Under the pieces are notes generated by a model. It saw only the letters and a list, made by a program, of their open reading frames with translations. It was not told where the DNA came from and did no database searches. A DNA stretch of 54,194 nt from an uncultured bacterium (GTDB lineage Bacteria; Bacillota; Clostridia; Oscillospirales; Acutalibacteraceae), in assembly GCA_905215105.1 (NCBI GenBank), contig CAJMOI010000001.1, positions 1 through 54,194 on the forward strand, read 5' to 3'. Numbering within the stretch: the stretch's first letter is position 1; each line of letters opens with the position of its first letter. This document shows positions 18,064 through 29,174 of this stretch, piece by piece. Both the position numbers and the translations under genes were made by a program.

Positions 18064-18387
18064 TTTTTTGACTGATTTTAATTCTTTTATAGAAAGTTGA
18101 AACCCTTTTCACTTGTCAACATTTTGGTGGAAAACCGGCATTTTGGCGCTATTTCCACCCTCAACAAGTTTTCAACTTTCCCCACAGAGTTTTCAACTCT
18201 TTCAACGCTACTTTTTTACTCTCTGTTTTACCAACACGTTTCTCACATTTTCTCAACGCATAAAAATACACTCTGTTTATAGAGCTGGCGGGCCTTTTGC
18301 CAACTTTCCAACTTTTCCAAGCCCTCTACTACTAATTCTAAATTATACAGAGACAAACCATTCCTACAGAAGAGAAAGGCAACCTCT
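18064..18387. other. oriC candidate, right (dnaA-dnaN) part: box cluster, trinucleotide-phased run and AT-rich stretch
   Basis: GTTTTCAAC occurs at 18168-18176 and 18189-18197. Related TCAAC-type motifs are at 18096-18103, 18114-18120, 18161-18165, 18198-18206 and 18248-18257. TTTCCACC-type boxes lie inverted at 18125-18134 and 18151-18159, and TTTCCCCACA is at 18177-18186. A CTA CTA CTA ATT CTA AAT run starts at 18326. Confidence 0.6.
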
Positions 18388-19497
18388 ATGAAATGTACAC
18401 TTGTTCAAAAAGAACTGGCGGATGCCGTGTTGAATATTCAGCGGGCTGTTTCCGCCAAATCCACTACGCCGGCACTGGAAGGCATTTTATTGGATGCCAG
18501 CTCCGGAAAGCTGACCCTATCCGCTTATGACATGGAGCTGGGCATGACCACAGAGCTCAACGCTTCTATAGAAGAAGAAGGACGCATTGTCCTCAGCGCC
18601 CGGCTGTTCGGCGACATTGTCCGCCGTTTGCCCACCGATACCCTGGAAATTTCAGTGGATGAAAAAAATATCGCCATTCTTCACAGCGGCGCCAGCGAAT
18701 TCACTATTATTGGCATTCCTGCCGAAGAATTCCCGGAGTTCCCCTCTGTTTCCGATGGAGCTCGGATGACCATTTCCCAGCCTTTGCTGAAAAGCATGAT
18801 CCGTCAGACTCTCTTTGCAGTGGCGGATACCGACAATAAACCGGTTCACACCGGCAGTCTCTTCGAACTTTCCGGCGGTCAGCTGCGGGTGGTTTCCGTG
18901 GACGGATACCGTCTGGCCATGCGCACGGAGCCGGTGATTTCTCAGGAAGAGCTGCGCTTTGTGGTTCCCGGAAAGACCCTTTCTGAATTGTTGAAACTGC
19001 TGAAAGACGACGAGGAAGAAATGGAGTTCTTTGTGGGAAGACGCCATATTATTTTCCGAATTGGAAATTACACCGTGATTTCCAGCCTGCTGGAGGGCGA
19101 ATTCCTGGATTATCGGGCAGCCATTCCTGCATCTGGAGCTACGGAAGTCACGGTTCAGACCCGTGCTTTCATCAGCAGTGTGGAGCGCGTTTCTCTGCTG
19201 ATTACCGACCGGCTGAAAAGCCCCATCCGCACGATTATGGAAGAAAACGAAATCAAATTGTTCTGCTCCACTCCCATCGGCCGGGCCAACGATCAGCTTC
19301 CCTGTGAAATGACCGGCGATCGGGTGGAAATCGGATTCAACAACCGCTATCTGCTGGATGCGCTCCGGAATGCAGATGGGGACGAAGTAAAGCTTTCCCT
19401 CAACGGAGCGCTGTCCCCCATGAAAGTGCTGCCCAGAGAAGGGGACTCCTTCCTGTTCCTGGTGCTGCCGGTGCGGATGAAGTCCGAAGAATTCTAA
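18388..19497 (+). CDS. dnaN: DNA polymerase III beta sliding clamp
   Basis: 369 aa with three-domain clamp-like repeats. It lies immediately downstream of dnaA. Confidence 0.96.
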   Translation: MKCTLVQKELADAVLNIQRAVSAKSTTPALEGILLDASSGKLTLSAYDMELGMTTELNASIEEEGRIVLSARLFGDIVRRLPTDTLEISVDEKNIAILHSGASEFTIIGIPAEEFPEFPSVSDGARMTISQPLLKSMIRQTLFAVADTDNKPVHTGSLFELSGGQLRVVSVDGYRLAMRTEPVISQEELRFVVPGKTLSELLKLLKDDEEEMEFFVGRRHIIFRIGNYTVISSLLEGEFLDYRAAIPASGATEVTVQTRAFISSVERVSLLITDRLKSPIRTIMEENEIKLFCSTPIGRANDQLPCEMTGDRVEIGFNNRYLLDALRNADGDEVKLSLNGALSPMKVLPREGDSFLFLVLPVRMKSEEF

Positions 19498-19574
19498 TTA
19501 TACTTTGAGTATAAAAATAAATTTATACTCTCTGTAAAACTGCTCTTTGCAGGAAACAGGAAAGGAAGCTGCAA

Positions 19575-19790
19575 ATGGAACAGATCATTGCCATTGATAC
19601 GGAGTTCATCCGGCTGGACGCACTGCTGAAGCTGGCCGGCGCCTTTGACACCGGCGGACAGGCCAAATTCGCCATTCAGAACGGTGAAGTGCTGGTCAAC
19701 GGTGAGGTGTGCGAAATGCGGGGCAAAAAAATGCGCCCGGGCGATGCCGCCACCTTTGCCGGTGTGACCTATCGGGTGACCTCCGAGTGA
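19575..19790 (+). CDS. yaaA: S4-domain RNA-binding protein YaaA
   Basis: 71 aa with the motifs IRLDALLKLAG and NGEVCEMRGKK. It occupies the conserved dnaN-recF position. Confidence 0.88.
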   Translation: MEQIIAIDTEFIRLDALLKLAGAFDTGGQAKFAIQNGEVLVNGEVCEMRGKKMRPGDAATFAGVTYRVTSE

Positions 19791-20899
19791 GAATCATCAA
19801 ACTGGAATTTGAAAAATACCGGAATCTGCACACCGGCTCCTTCTGCCCCGCCCCCGGGGTCAACATCATCTGTGGCAGCAATGCTCAGGGAAAGACCAAC
19901 CTGCTGGAGAGCATCTGGCTCTTTACCGGTGGCCATTCCTTCCGGGGATCCCGGGACGCGGAGCTGGTGCGGATGGAGGAAAAGGGCCTTTCTCAGGAAA
20001 CGGCCTCTCTTTCCATGACCTTTTTTGCCGCGGGACGGGAGCAGACCGCCCGGCTGAAAATCGCCGCAGGACGGCGCAGCGCTCTGCTTAACGGCATCAG
20101 CAAGCGGAGCGCTTCCTCTCTGGTGGGGACTTTCTGCGCGGTGGTGTTTTCTCCGGAGCACCTTTCTCTGGTAAAAGACGGCCCCAAGGAGCGCCGCCTG
20201 TTTCTGGACAGCGCCATCTGTCAGGTGCGCCCCTCCTATGCCGGGCTGCTCTCCCAGTACAACCGGGCCCTTCAGCAGCGCAATACCCTTCTCAAGGACA
20301 TTGCCCGCCACCGGGAGCTGCTGGACACCCTGGAAATCTGGGATGAACGGCTGGCAGGCTTCGGAGAAGCCGTCATGGACGAGCGGCTGCGCTATGTCCG
20401 GACGCTGCGGCCCACAGCCGGGGAAATCTATCAGGGGATTTCCCAGCAGCGGGAAACCCTGGAGCTGTCCTACTCCATGACCGTGTCTTCCGGAAGTGAG
20501 GAGAAAAAGCGCTCCATGCTGGAAGTGCTGTCTGCCCGCCGGGACATGGATCTGGCCATGGGCGCCACCTCTTCCGGCCCTCACCGGGACGACCTGAAAC
20601 TGTCCATTAACGGTACGGACGCCCGTTCCTTCGGTTCTCAGGGGCAGCAGCGCTCTGTGGTGCTGGCGCTGAAGCTGGCGGAGGCTTCGGTGCTGGAATC
20701 CGTCATTGGAGAACCGCCGGCGGTACTGCTGGACGATGTGATGAGTGAGCTGGACGTCAGCCGTCAGGGCTATCTGCTCAACCAGCTGGAGGGCCGCCAG
20801 ATTTTCATTACCTGCTGTGATCCGGAGGCTGTGCGCCTGCTGGAAAAGGGCAAGGTTTTCCGGGTACAGGAGGGCGCAGTCCGGGAGGACTGCCGCTGA
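19787..20899 (+). CDS. recF: DNA replication/repair protein RecF
   Basis: A GTG start overlaps the yaaA stop (GTGA). The Walker A motif is GSNAQGKTNLLE and the signature is SQGQQRS. Confidence 0.93.
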   Translation: MRIIKLEFEKYRNLHTGSFCPAPGVNIICGSNAQGKTNLLESIWLFTGGHSFRGSRDAELVRMEEKGLSQETASLSMTFFAAGREQTARLKIAAGRRSALLNGISKRSASSLVGTFCAVVFSPEHLSLVKDGPKERRLFLDSAICQVRPSYAGLLSQYNRALQQRNTLLKDIARHRELLDTLEIWDERLAGFGEAVMDERLRYVRTLRPTAGEIYQGISQQRETLELSYSMTVSSGSEEKKRSMLEVLSARRDMDLAMGATSSGPHRDDLKLSINGTDARSFGSQGQQRSVVLALKLAEASVLESVIGEPPAVLLDDVMSELDVSRQGYLLNQLEGRQIFITCCDPEAVRLLEKGKVFRVQEGAVREDCR

Positions 20900-20913
20900 A
20901 AAGGAGGACGACT

Positions 20914-21186
20914 GTGTATCTTCATCTGGGACAGGATACGGTGATCAAAATGGACGAGATCATCGGCATCTTCGATATGGAAAACTCCACCATTTCCCGC
21001 ATCACGCGGGAGTATCTGGCAGCGGCGGAAAAGGCCGGGCGGGTCATCAATGTGTCCATGGAAATGCCCAAGTCCTTTGTCCTCTGCCGGGATGAAACGG
21101 GAAAAACCACCGTTTATATTTCACAGATCTCCACCGCCACGCTGCGCAAGCGCACGGGCTTTGTGGAGGGTCTGTCCAATCTCTGA
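20914..21186 (+). CDS. remB: DUF370 protein (RemB/YaaB-like)
   Basis: GTG start with an AAGGAGGA SD. MYLHLGQDTVIKMDEIIGIFD resembles B. subtilis YaaB. It occupies the conserved recF-gyrB position. Confidence 0.85.
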   Translation: MYLHLGQDTVIKMDEIIGIFDMENSTISRITREYLAAAEKAGRVINVSMEMPKSFVLCRDETGKTTVYISQISTATLRKRTGFVEGLSNL

Positions 21187-21203
21187 AAGGAAGGCTGACC
21201 CAT

Positions 21204-21605
21204 ATGGAACCGAAACAACTGGGACGGGCCAGATGCCCGTACTGTGAGAAAAAAGTCAATCTGATGGTGGCCTGGGGCCTGCGCCGCCGGGGAGAGTACC
21301 GCTGCCCCCGGTGCAATGGCATTTCCAACGTGATCCACAGCCGCCTGCTGCTGCCGCTGGCTTTGTGCGCCATCGGTGTCAGCGGCCTGATTCTGCTGCT
21401 GACCCTGTTCCTGCTGGAACCGGCCACCGGCTGGTCGGTGCTGCTGGTGCTTGCGCCGTTTCTGGTGTTCTATATTTTCAGCCTCTTTTGTGTTCAGCTG
21501 AAAAAACCGGTGATCCGTCGGGGAAATGCTTCTCCGGAGCCTTCTGCGGAAGAGCCCCGTCGCCCCGAAACCCGGGAAGAGATGGACCAGACCCGGATTC
21601 TGTAA
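21204..21605 (+). CDS. zinc-ribbon membrane protein (hypothetical)
   Basis: It has CPYC...CPRC cysteine pairs followed by two hydrophobic helices and a charged tail. Confidence 0.6.
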   Translation: MEPKQLGRARCPYCEKKVNLMVAWGLRRRGEYRCPRCNGISNVIHSRLLLPLALCAIGVSGLILLLTLFLLEPATGWSVLLVLAPFLVFYIFSLFCVQLKKPVIRRGNASPEPSAEEPRRPETREEMDQTRIL

Positions 21606-21694
21606 GGGCGAATCGGAACCCTTTCCCCAAAATGGGCCCGGACGATTTGCAAAGGGGCAAAATTGTCCCTGAAAAACGCGGATAAACCCTCGGA

Positions 21695-21722
21695 AAGACG
21701 GCAAAAACAGCCGTCTTTTCTT
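21695..21722 (+). terminator. intrinsic terminator upstream of the gyrB promoter
   Basis: AAGACGGC-aaaaaca-GCCGTCTT followed by TTC/TTG. Confidence 0.6.
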
Positions 21723-21749
21723 GTACTTTCCCGGGTTTTGTGCTATAAT
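21721..21749 (+). promoter_or_regulatory. gyrB promoter
   Basis: TTGTAC (21721-21726), 17-nt spacer, TATAAT (21744-21749). Confidence 0.6.
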
Positions 21750-21751
21750 AA

Positions 21752-23884
<2,133 letters not shown>

Positions 23885-23970
23885 CATACAGATTGTATAG
23901 TAAAACATAATCATTACAAATTGTAATTGCATATAAGGAGGGAAAGCGCCATCTGGCGCGTCTGATACCG

Positions 23971-24615
23971 ATGGATCATGACCGAGATTTGGAAAAACGC
24001 AACCTGGAGGTTCCCGAAGAGGAACCGGAAATCGACGAGGAAGAAGAGGGCTGGGACGGCTCGGAGGCCGAGCTGGTGGCGGATGACGATGCCGCCGTCT
24101 ATGAGGATGTTCTCACCGGCATCCGGCTGAACTACACCCTGCGCTGGCGGGAAATTTACCGCTGTCTGAAACAGGTGGGCGCCGTCAAGACGACCGGTGC
24201 CCGGGCCATTGTGGAAACAGTGCTGCTGGCCGCTGCGGGAGCCTATTCTCTGTACAACTGGTTCCTTCTGCACAATGTGGCATCGCTGGTACTGTCCATC
24301 CTGTGCCTGCTGCTGATTGTGGTGGTGTGGGTCATTCCGGAGCTGGGGCTTCGTCATCAGGCCCGCCGGATGGCCGACGGCAAGGAATTTGCCCTGGAGG
24401 TTTTCCCCGACGCCATTACGGTGGAGCACAACGGCTCCGAATGGGAAATTCCCCTGGACGGGGAAGCCACCGACAGCGCTCAGTATGGAAATCTGCTGGT
24501 GCTGTTCCACCAGAAAAAAATGGTGATTCTGCCTCTGCGGTGTGTGGAACCGGCGGTGCTGCCGGAGATTCAGGCGATGATTGTCGCCGGAACCAACCCC
24601 AGAGACGACGACTGA
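23971..24615 (+). CDS. YcxB-like membrane protein (hypothetical), acidic N-terminus
   Basis: 214 aa: a D/E-rich N-terminus, two TM helices, then a C-terminal beta-rich domain. The architecture matches the next gene. Confidence 0.6.
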   Translation: MDHDRDLEKRNLEVPEEEPEIDEEEEGWDGSEAELVADDDAAVYEDVLTGIRLNYTLRWREIYRCLKQVGAVKTTGARAIVETVLLAAAGAYSLYNWFLLHNVASLVLSILCLLLIVVVWVIPELGLRHQARRMADGKEFALEVFPDAITVEHNGSEWEIPLDGEATDSAQYGNLLVLFHQKKMVILPLRCVEPAVLPEIQAMIVAGTNPRDDD

Positions 24616-24665
24616 CCGGGGATTTGGAGACAAGAGGTCCGCTTCCGGGACCATGGAGGCTGCGT

Positions 24666-25223
24666 ATGGAGAGCGAAAAGACGTATATTCTGGACAGCTA
24701 TCTGATTACGGGAGACGATTATGCCGACTTTCAGCTTGCAGCCCGCAAGCTGAAAACCGGTCGGACAGAGCTGTTCCTTTTCCGCCTGCTGGGGATGGCG
24801 CTGATTTTGACAGCGCTGCTGGGGCGGGTATATTTTGATTCTCCCGACAACTACAACAGCATGGTGTATTTTCTCCTCATCTGTCTGGGGGTGGGGATTT
24901 GTCTGTATTATGATTTCTGTATGCCCTATGTTGTGCGCCGTCATGCCCGCCGGTATTTTGCCGCTCATGTCAAGCGCATGGTGGCCAGTCATACGGAATT
25001 TGATGATAACGGCATCCGGTTTGTCACCGATCACGGATGCGAGCGGATTTCCTATGAGGAACTCCGGTGCGTATATGAAGATAAGCGGGTCATCCTGCTG
25101 GACGAGGGCCGGGGAATGCGGTTTTTGCCCAAGCGTGTGTTGACCATGGATGAATATAAAGGGGTCCGGGCGTTCCTGAAACGGGCTCTGAGAGAAAAAT
25201 ATTTGCAGGAAGGTGTCTGCTAA
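24666..25223 (+). CDS. YcxB-like membrane protein (hypothetical), paralog of the preceding gene
   Basis: The ATG at 24666 has a GGAGG SD. The product is 185 aa with two TM helices followed by a C-terminal domain (FLPKRVLT...). Confidence 0.6.
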   Translation: MESEKTYILDSYLITGDDYADFQLAARKLKTGRTELFLFRLLGMALILTALLGRVYFDSPDNYNSMVYFLLICLGVGICLYYDFCMPYVVRRHARRYFAAHVKRMVASHTEFDDNGIRFVTDHGCERISYEELRCVYEDKRVILLDEGRGMRFLPKRVLTMDEYKGVRAFLKRALREKYLQEGVC

Positions 25224-27785
25224 ATGGATGAAATGCGAGAAGATCTGCAGGAGCAGCAGGAAAATCATATTATACCGGTGGATCTGGAAAAGGAAATGAA
25301 GGACTCCTTCCTGGCCTATTCCATGTCCGTCATTATTTCCCGCGCTCTGCCCGATGTGCGGGACGGACTCAAGCCGGTGCACAGAAGAATCCTGTACACC
25401 ATGTACGAGAATACCCTGTGGCCGGAAAAGGCCTACCGCAAGTGCGCCGATACCGTCGGCGCCGTGCTGGGCCGGTACCATCCCCACGGTGACGCGTCGG
25501 TTTATGACGCGCTGGTGCGTCTGGCACAGGATTTTTCCATGCGGTATGTGCTGGTAGACGGTCACGGCAACTTCGGTTCCGTGGACGGCGACCCGCCTGC
25601 TGCCTATCGTTACACCGAGGCCCGTATGTGCAAGCTGTCGGTGGATATGCTGGGGGATATCGACAAGGATACGGTAGATTTCGGCCCCAACTATGACGAC
25701 CGGTTGAAGGAACCTCAGGTGTTGCCCTGCCACTTCCCCAACCTGCTGGTCAACGGTTCTACCGGTATCGCCGTGGGTATGGCCACCAATATTCCGCCCC
25801 ACAACATGGGAGAAGTCATCGACGGTATGTGCTGCCTGATCGACAACCCCGACGCCACCCTGGACGAGGTGATGGAATCCATCAAGGGGCCGGACTTCCC
25901 CACCGGCGGCATTATCATGGGCCGCACCGGTATCCGCGCTGCCTATGGCACCGGCCGGGGACGGATTACCGTCCGCGCCCGTGCGGAAATTGAGGAAGAG
26001 AAAAACGGCCGGTTCAAGATTGTGGTGACGGAAATCCCCTATCAGGTGAACAAAGCCCGCCTCATTGAGAGCATTGCCGACCTGGTGAAGGAAAAGCGTG
26101 TGGACGGCATTTCCAACGTGGAGGACCACTCCGACCGCAACGGTATGCACATCGTCATTGATGTGAAGCGGGATGCTTCTCCCCAGATTGTGCTGAACCA
26201 GCTGTACTCCTATACCCAGATGCAGACCACTTTCGGCGTCATCATGCTGGCCATTGTGGACGGCAAGCCCCGCACCCTGACGCTGATTGAAATGCTGAAG
26301 GAATATATCCGCTTCCAGGAAGAGGTTGTCACCCGCCGCACCCGTTTTGAGCTGCGGAAGGCACAGGAACGGGAACACATTCTGGAAGGCCTGAAAATCG
26401 CCGTGGACTTCATCGACGAGGTGATTTCCATTATTCGCACTTCCCCGGACCAGCCCACCGCAAAAGCCCGTCTGTGCGAGCGTTTCGGTCTGGATGACGT
26501 ACAGGCCCAGGCAATTGTCCAGATGCGTCTGGGACAGCTCACCGGTCTGGAGCGCCAGAAAATCGAGGACGAGTTGGAAGCCCTGAAGGTGAAAATCGCC
26601 GATTATCTGGACATTCTGGCCCACGAAGAGCGGATTCTGGCCATTGTCAAGGAAGAAGCCCTGACCATGAAGAAGAAATACGCCGATGAGCGCCGCACCG
26701 AGATTGCAGCCATCAGCGGCGAAGTGGATATTGAAGACCTGATTCCCAACGAGGAATGTGTCCTGACCCTGACGGAAGCCGGATATGTAAAGCGCCAGAA
26801 AATGGACACTTACCGGACCCAGCGCCGCGGCGGCCGTGGAATCAGCGGCATGACCCGCCGGGAAGAGGACGTGGCCACCGAAATGTTTGTCCTCAACAAC
26901 CACGACTATGTGATGTACTTTACCAATCTGGGACGGGTGTACCGGCTGAAAGCCTATGAAGTGCCGGAGGGTTCCCGTACCAGCAAGGGAATGAATATTG
27001 CCAACCTGCTGCCCCTGTCCGCCGATGAAAAGGTCACCTCCATGATTCGTGTCCAGAGCATGGAAGAGGACAAATATCTGGTCATGGTTACCCGCAGCGG
27101 TATCATCAAGCGTACCAGCCTCAGCGCATTCAACACCGCCAGAAAGGGCGGCGTCATCGCCATTGATCTGGATGAAGGTGATGCTTTGAGCTGGGTGCGG
27201 CTGACCAGCGGCAACGACGAGCTGCTGGCCGCTACCCGCAAGGGTATGGCCATCCGCTTCAACGAAAGCGACGTCCGCGCCATGGGCCGTACCGCAAGAG
27301 GCGTGAAGGCCATCACCCTCAATGAGGGCGACTGTGTGGTGGGTATGTCCATCCTGCGGGAAAACGGACTGGTGCTCACCGTTTCCGAAACCGGTTATGG
27401 CCGTCTCTCCCCCATTTCCGATTACCGTCTGCAAAGCCGCGGCGGCAAGGGCCTGATTAACTATCATGTGGAGAAATACGGCGATGTGGCCGCCATCAAG
27501 GTGGTGGATCTGGATGATGACATTATCCTGATCTCTGCCGACGGCATCATCATCCGCATTCAGGCCAGCTCCATCCGCATCTGTGCCCGTCCCAGCAAGG
27601 GTGTCCGCGTCATGAAGATCACCGGCGAGAACAACAAGGTGGTGACGCTGGCCCGTACGCCTCACGAAGACGACGAGGAGGACGAAGCGGAAGCCGTGGA
27701 AGAAGCAGAAGAAGGAGTAGAAACATCCGAAAGCGTTGACGGCTCTACAGAGAGCGTTTCCGGAGAAGAAGCCGTACAGGAATAA
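25224..27785 (+). CDS. gyrA: DNA gyrase subunit A
   Basis: 853 aa. It has the motif ISRALPDVRDGLKPVHRRILY, the catalytic AAYRYTEARM, the beta-pinwheel CTD and an acidic tail. Confidence 0.98.
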   Translation: MDEMREDLQEQQENHIIPVDLEKEMKDSFLAYSMSVIISRALPDVRDGLKPVHRRILYTMYENTLWPEKAYRKCADTVGAVLGRYHPHGDASVYDALVRLAQDFSMRYVLVDGHGNFGSVDGDPPAAYRYTEARMCKLSVDMLGDIDKDTVDFGPNYDDRLKEPQVLPCHFPNLLVNGSTGIAVGMATNIPPHNMGEVIDGMCCLIDNPDATLDEVMESIKGPDFPTGGIIMGRTGIRAAYGTGRGRITVRARAEIEEEKNGRFKIVVTEIPYQVNKARLIESIADLVKEKRVDGISNVEDHSDRNGMHIVIDVKRDASPQIVLNQLYSYTQMQTTFGVIMLAIVDGKPRTLTLIEMLKEYIRFQEEVVTRRTRFELRKAQEREHILEGLKIAVDFIDEVISIIRTSPDQPTAKARLCERFGLDDVQAQAIVQMRLGQLTGLERQKIEDELEALKVKIADYLDILAHEERILAIVKEEALTMKKKYADERRTEIAAISGEVDIEDLIPNEECVLTLTEAGYVKRQKMDTYRTQRRGGRGISGMTRREEDVATEMFVLNNHDYVMYFTNLGRVYRLKAYEVPEGSRTSKGMNIANLLPLSADEKVTSMIRVQSMEEDKYLVMVTRSGIIKRTSLSAFNTARKGGVIAIDLDEGDALSWVRLTSGNDELLAATRKGMAIRFNESDVRAMGRTARGVKAITLNEGDCVVGMSILRENGLVLTVSETGYGRLSPISDYRLQSRGGKGLINYHVEKYGDVAAIKVVDLDDDIILISADGIIIRIQASSIRICARPSKGVRVMKITGENNKVVTLARTPHEDDEEDEAEAVEEAEEGVETSESVDGSTESVSGEEAVQE

Positions 27786-27806
27786 TCGATCTGGAGGCGC
27801 AGTCTT

Positions 27807-29009
27807 TTGAATTCGCGAAAAAAACAGCTGGCCGCGGCGGCAGTTGCCGTGGCAGCTGTCTGTCTCAGTATCATTTTTGTGTGGATGTTCGGTAGCCTTG
27901 AGCAGCAGAAAACTCCGCCGGAACCGACCCCTTCCCCTGTTGTGGAAGTAACACCGGCGCCAACTGCGGTACCTTCTCCAAAAGTGACGGAGTCGCCCAC
28001 ACCTTCCCCCAGTCCCAGCCTTTCTCCGTCTCCCACTCCCACCCCGGAACCCACACAGGAGCCGGTGTATGAGCCGGAAACGGACCCGGAGATTCTGGAA
28101 ATGTATCAACAGAATACGCAGGAAAAAGAAGAGCTGGAAGCCCAGAAAAAACCCGCCGAAACCATGACGGAAGAGGACCGTGAGGAAGCGGAAAAGCCCA
28201 AACAGACCCCAAAACCCGGTTCCACCCCGAAACCGGCCAAGTCTGTGTGGCTGTCCGATGTGCCCATGATCGACCAGCGGAAGAATTACCCCACGGGCTG
28301 TGAAAGCGTCAGCACGGTTATGGCCTGTCAGTATGCGGGGATTTCCATTACGCCGGATACGTTCATTGACCGTTATCTGCCCCGGGCGTCCTTTACCTAT
28401 GAGAACGGAAAGGCGATTGGCTATCATCCCAATGATTATTTCATGGGAAATCCCTATACCAACAACGGGTTCGGCTGTTACGCTCCCTGTATTGAAAAGG
28501 CGGTCAATAAATTTCTCCCCGCCGGATATACTATGGTCAACACCACCGGAAAGAGCCTTTCTTCCCTGTGCAAAACCTATCTGGACAAGGGAATTCCCGT
28601 GGTGGCCTGGGCAACGATGTACATGGTGGCTCCGGGAAAAGGAGCTTCCTGGATTCTGCGGGATTCGGGCAAAACCTATCAGTGGAAGTCCCACGAGCAT
28701 TGTCTGGTGCTTACCGGATATGACAGCCGGTATTACTTCTTCAACGATCCCCTTCAGGGAAAGGTGAAGTATGAAAAATCTCTGGTGGAAACCCGGTATC
28801 AGCAGATGGGAAGTCAGTCGCTGGTGATTTATCAGGACCCGGAGTCTGTACCGACGCCCAGTCCTACACCGACACCTTCTCCTACGCCCACTCCCACACC
28901 ATCGCCAAGTCCAACCCCTTCCCCCACCTCGTCTCCGGAGCAGTCTCCGTCCCCGACGCCGGTGGAAAGCGGACGGGAGGAAGAAAGCGGCGTTTCGACC
29001 CAATCCTGA
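27807..29009 (+). CDS. membrane-anchored C39-like (Peptidase_C39_2-type) cysteine peptidase with Pro/Thr/Ser-rich linkers
   Basis: TTG start with a TGGAGG SD. It has an N-terminal TM anchor and PT-rich low-complexity regions at both ends. The core contains NYPTGCESVSTVMACQYAG and HEHCLVLTGYD (candidate Cys/His). Confidence 0.7.
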   Translation: MNSRKKQLAAAAVAVAAVCLSIIFVWMFGSLEQQKTPPEPTPSPVVEVTPAPTAVPSPKVTESPTPSPSPSLSPSPTPTPEPTQEPVYEPETDPEILEMYQQNTQEKEELEAQKKPAETMTEEDREEAEKPKQTPKPGSTPKPAKSVWLSDVPMIDQRKNYPTGCESVSTVMACQYAGISITPDTFIDRYLPRASFTYENGKAIGYHPNDYFMGNPYTNNGFGCYAPCIEKAVNKFLPAGYTMVNTTGKSLSSLCKTYLDKGIPVVAWATMYMVAPGKGASWILRDSGKTYQWKSHEHCLVLTGYDSRYYFFNDPLQGKVKYEKSLVETRYQQMGSQSLVIYQDPESVPTPSPTPTPSPTPTPTPSPSPTPSPTSSPEQSPSPTPVESGREEESGVSTQS

Positions 29010-29017
29010 ACCTGTGA

Positions 29018-29052
29018 CCCCCTCTGTTTTCCCAGGAAGCAGAGGGGGTTTT
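29018..29052 (+). terminator. intrinsic terminator after the peptidase gene
   Basis: CCCCCTCTG (29018-29026) pairs with CAGAGGGGG (29040-29048), followed by TTTT. Confidence 0.8.
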
Positions 29053-29080
29053 GACATGGGGAATGGCTTTCTGGTATAAT
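29051..29080 (+). promoter_or_regulatory. promoter of the cytidylyltransferase/SDR/LicD cassette
   Basis: TTGACA (29051-29056), 18-nt spacer, TATAAT (29075-29080). Confidence 0.65.
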
Positions 29081-29174
29081 AAATAAAATATGCCCTTCTT
29101 TAGGAACTATCTGAAAAAAACGCTCCGGCCCCTCCGGAGCCAGGACCGAATCCAGAAAACAGGAGAGGTTTGCC

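Noticed and set aside
24570-29057. A 1495-aa ORF on the minus strand, with similar giant antisense ORFs at 2419..3858, 4112..6262, 12384..14450, 21872..23932 and 36283..37680.
   Set aside because: All lie antisense to clearly identified genes (gyrA, guaB, serS, mnmE, gyrB, rimO) and in the same codon register. In that register antisense stops arise only from the sense codons TTA, CTA and TCA, which this GC-rich genome avoids. The translations are low-complexity (G/A/V/H/Q-rich) with no recognisable motifs. The 4.5-kb one spans three sense genes that share one frame (24666, 25224 and 27807 are all 0 mod 3).
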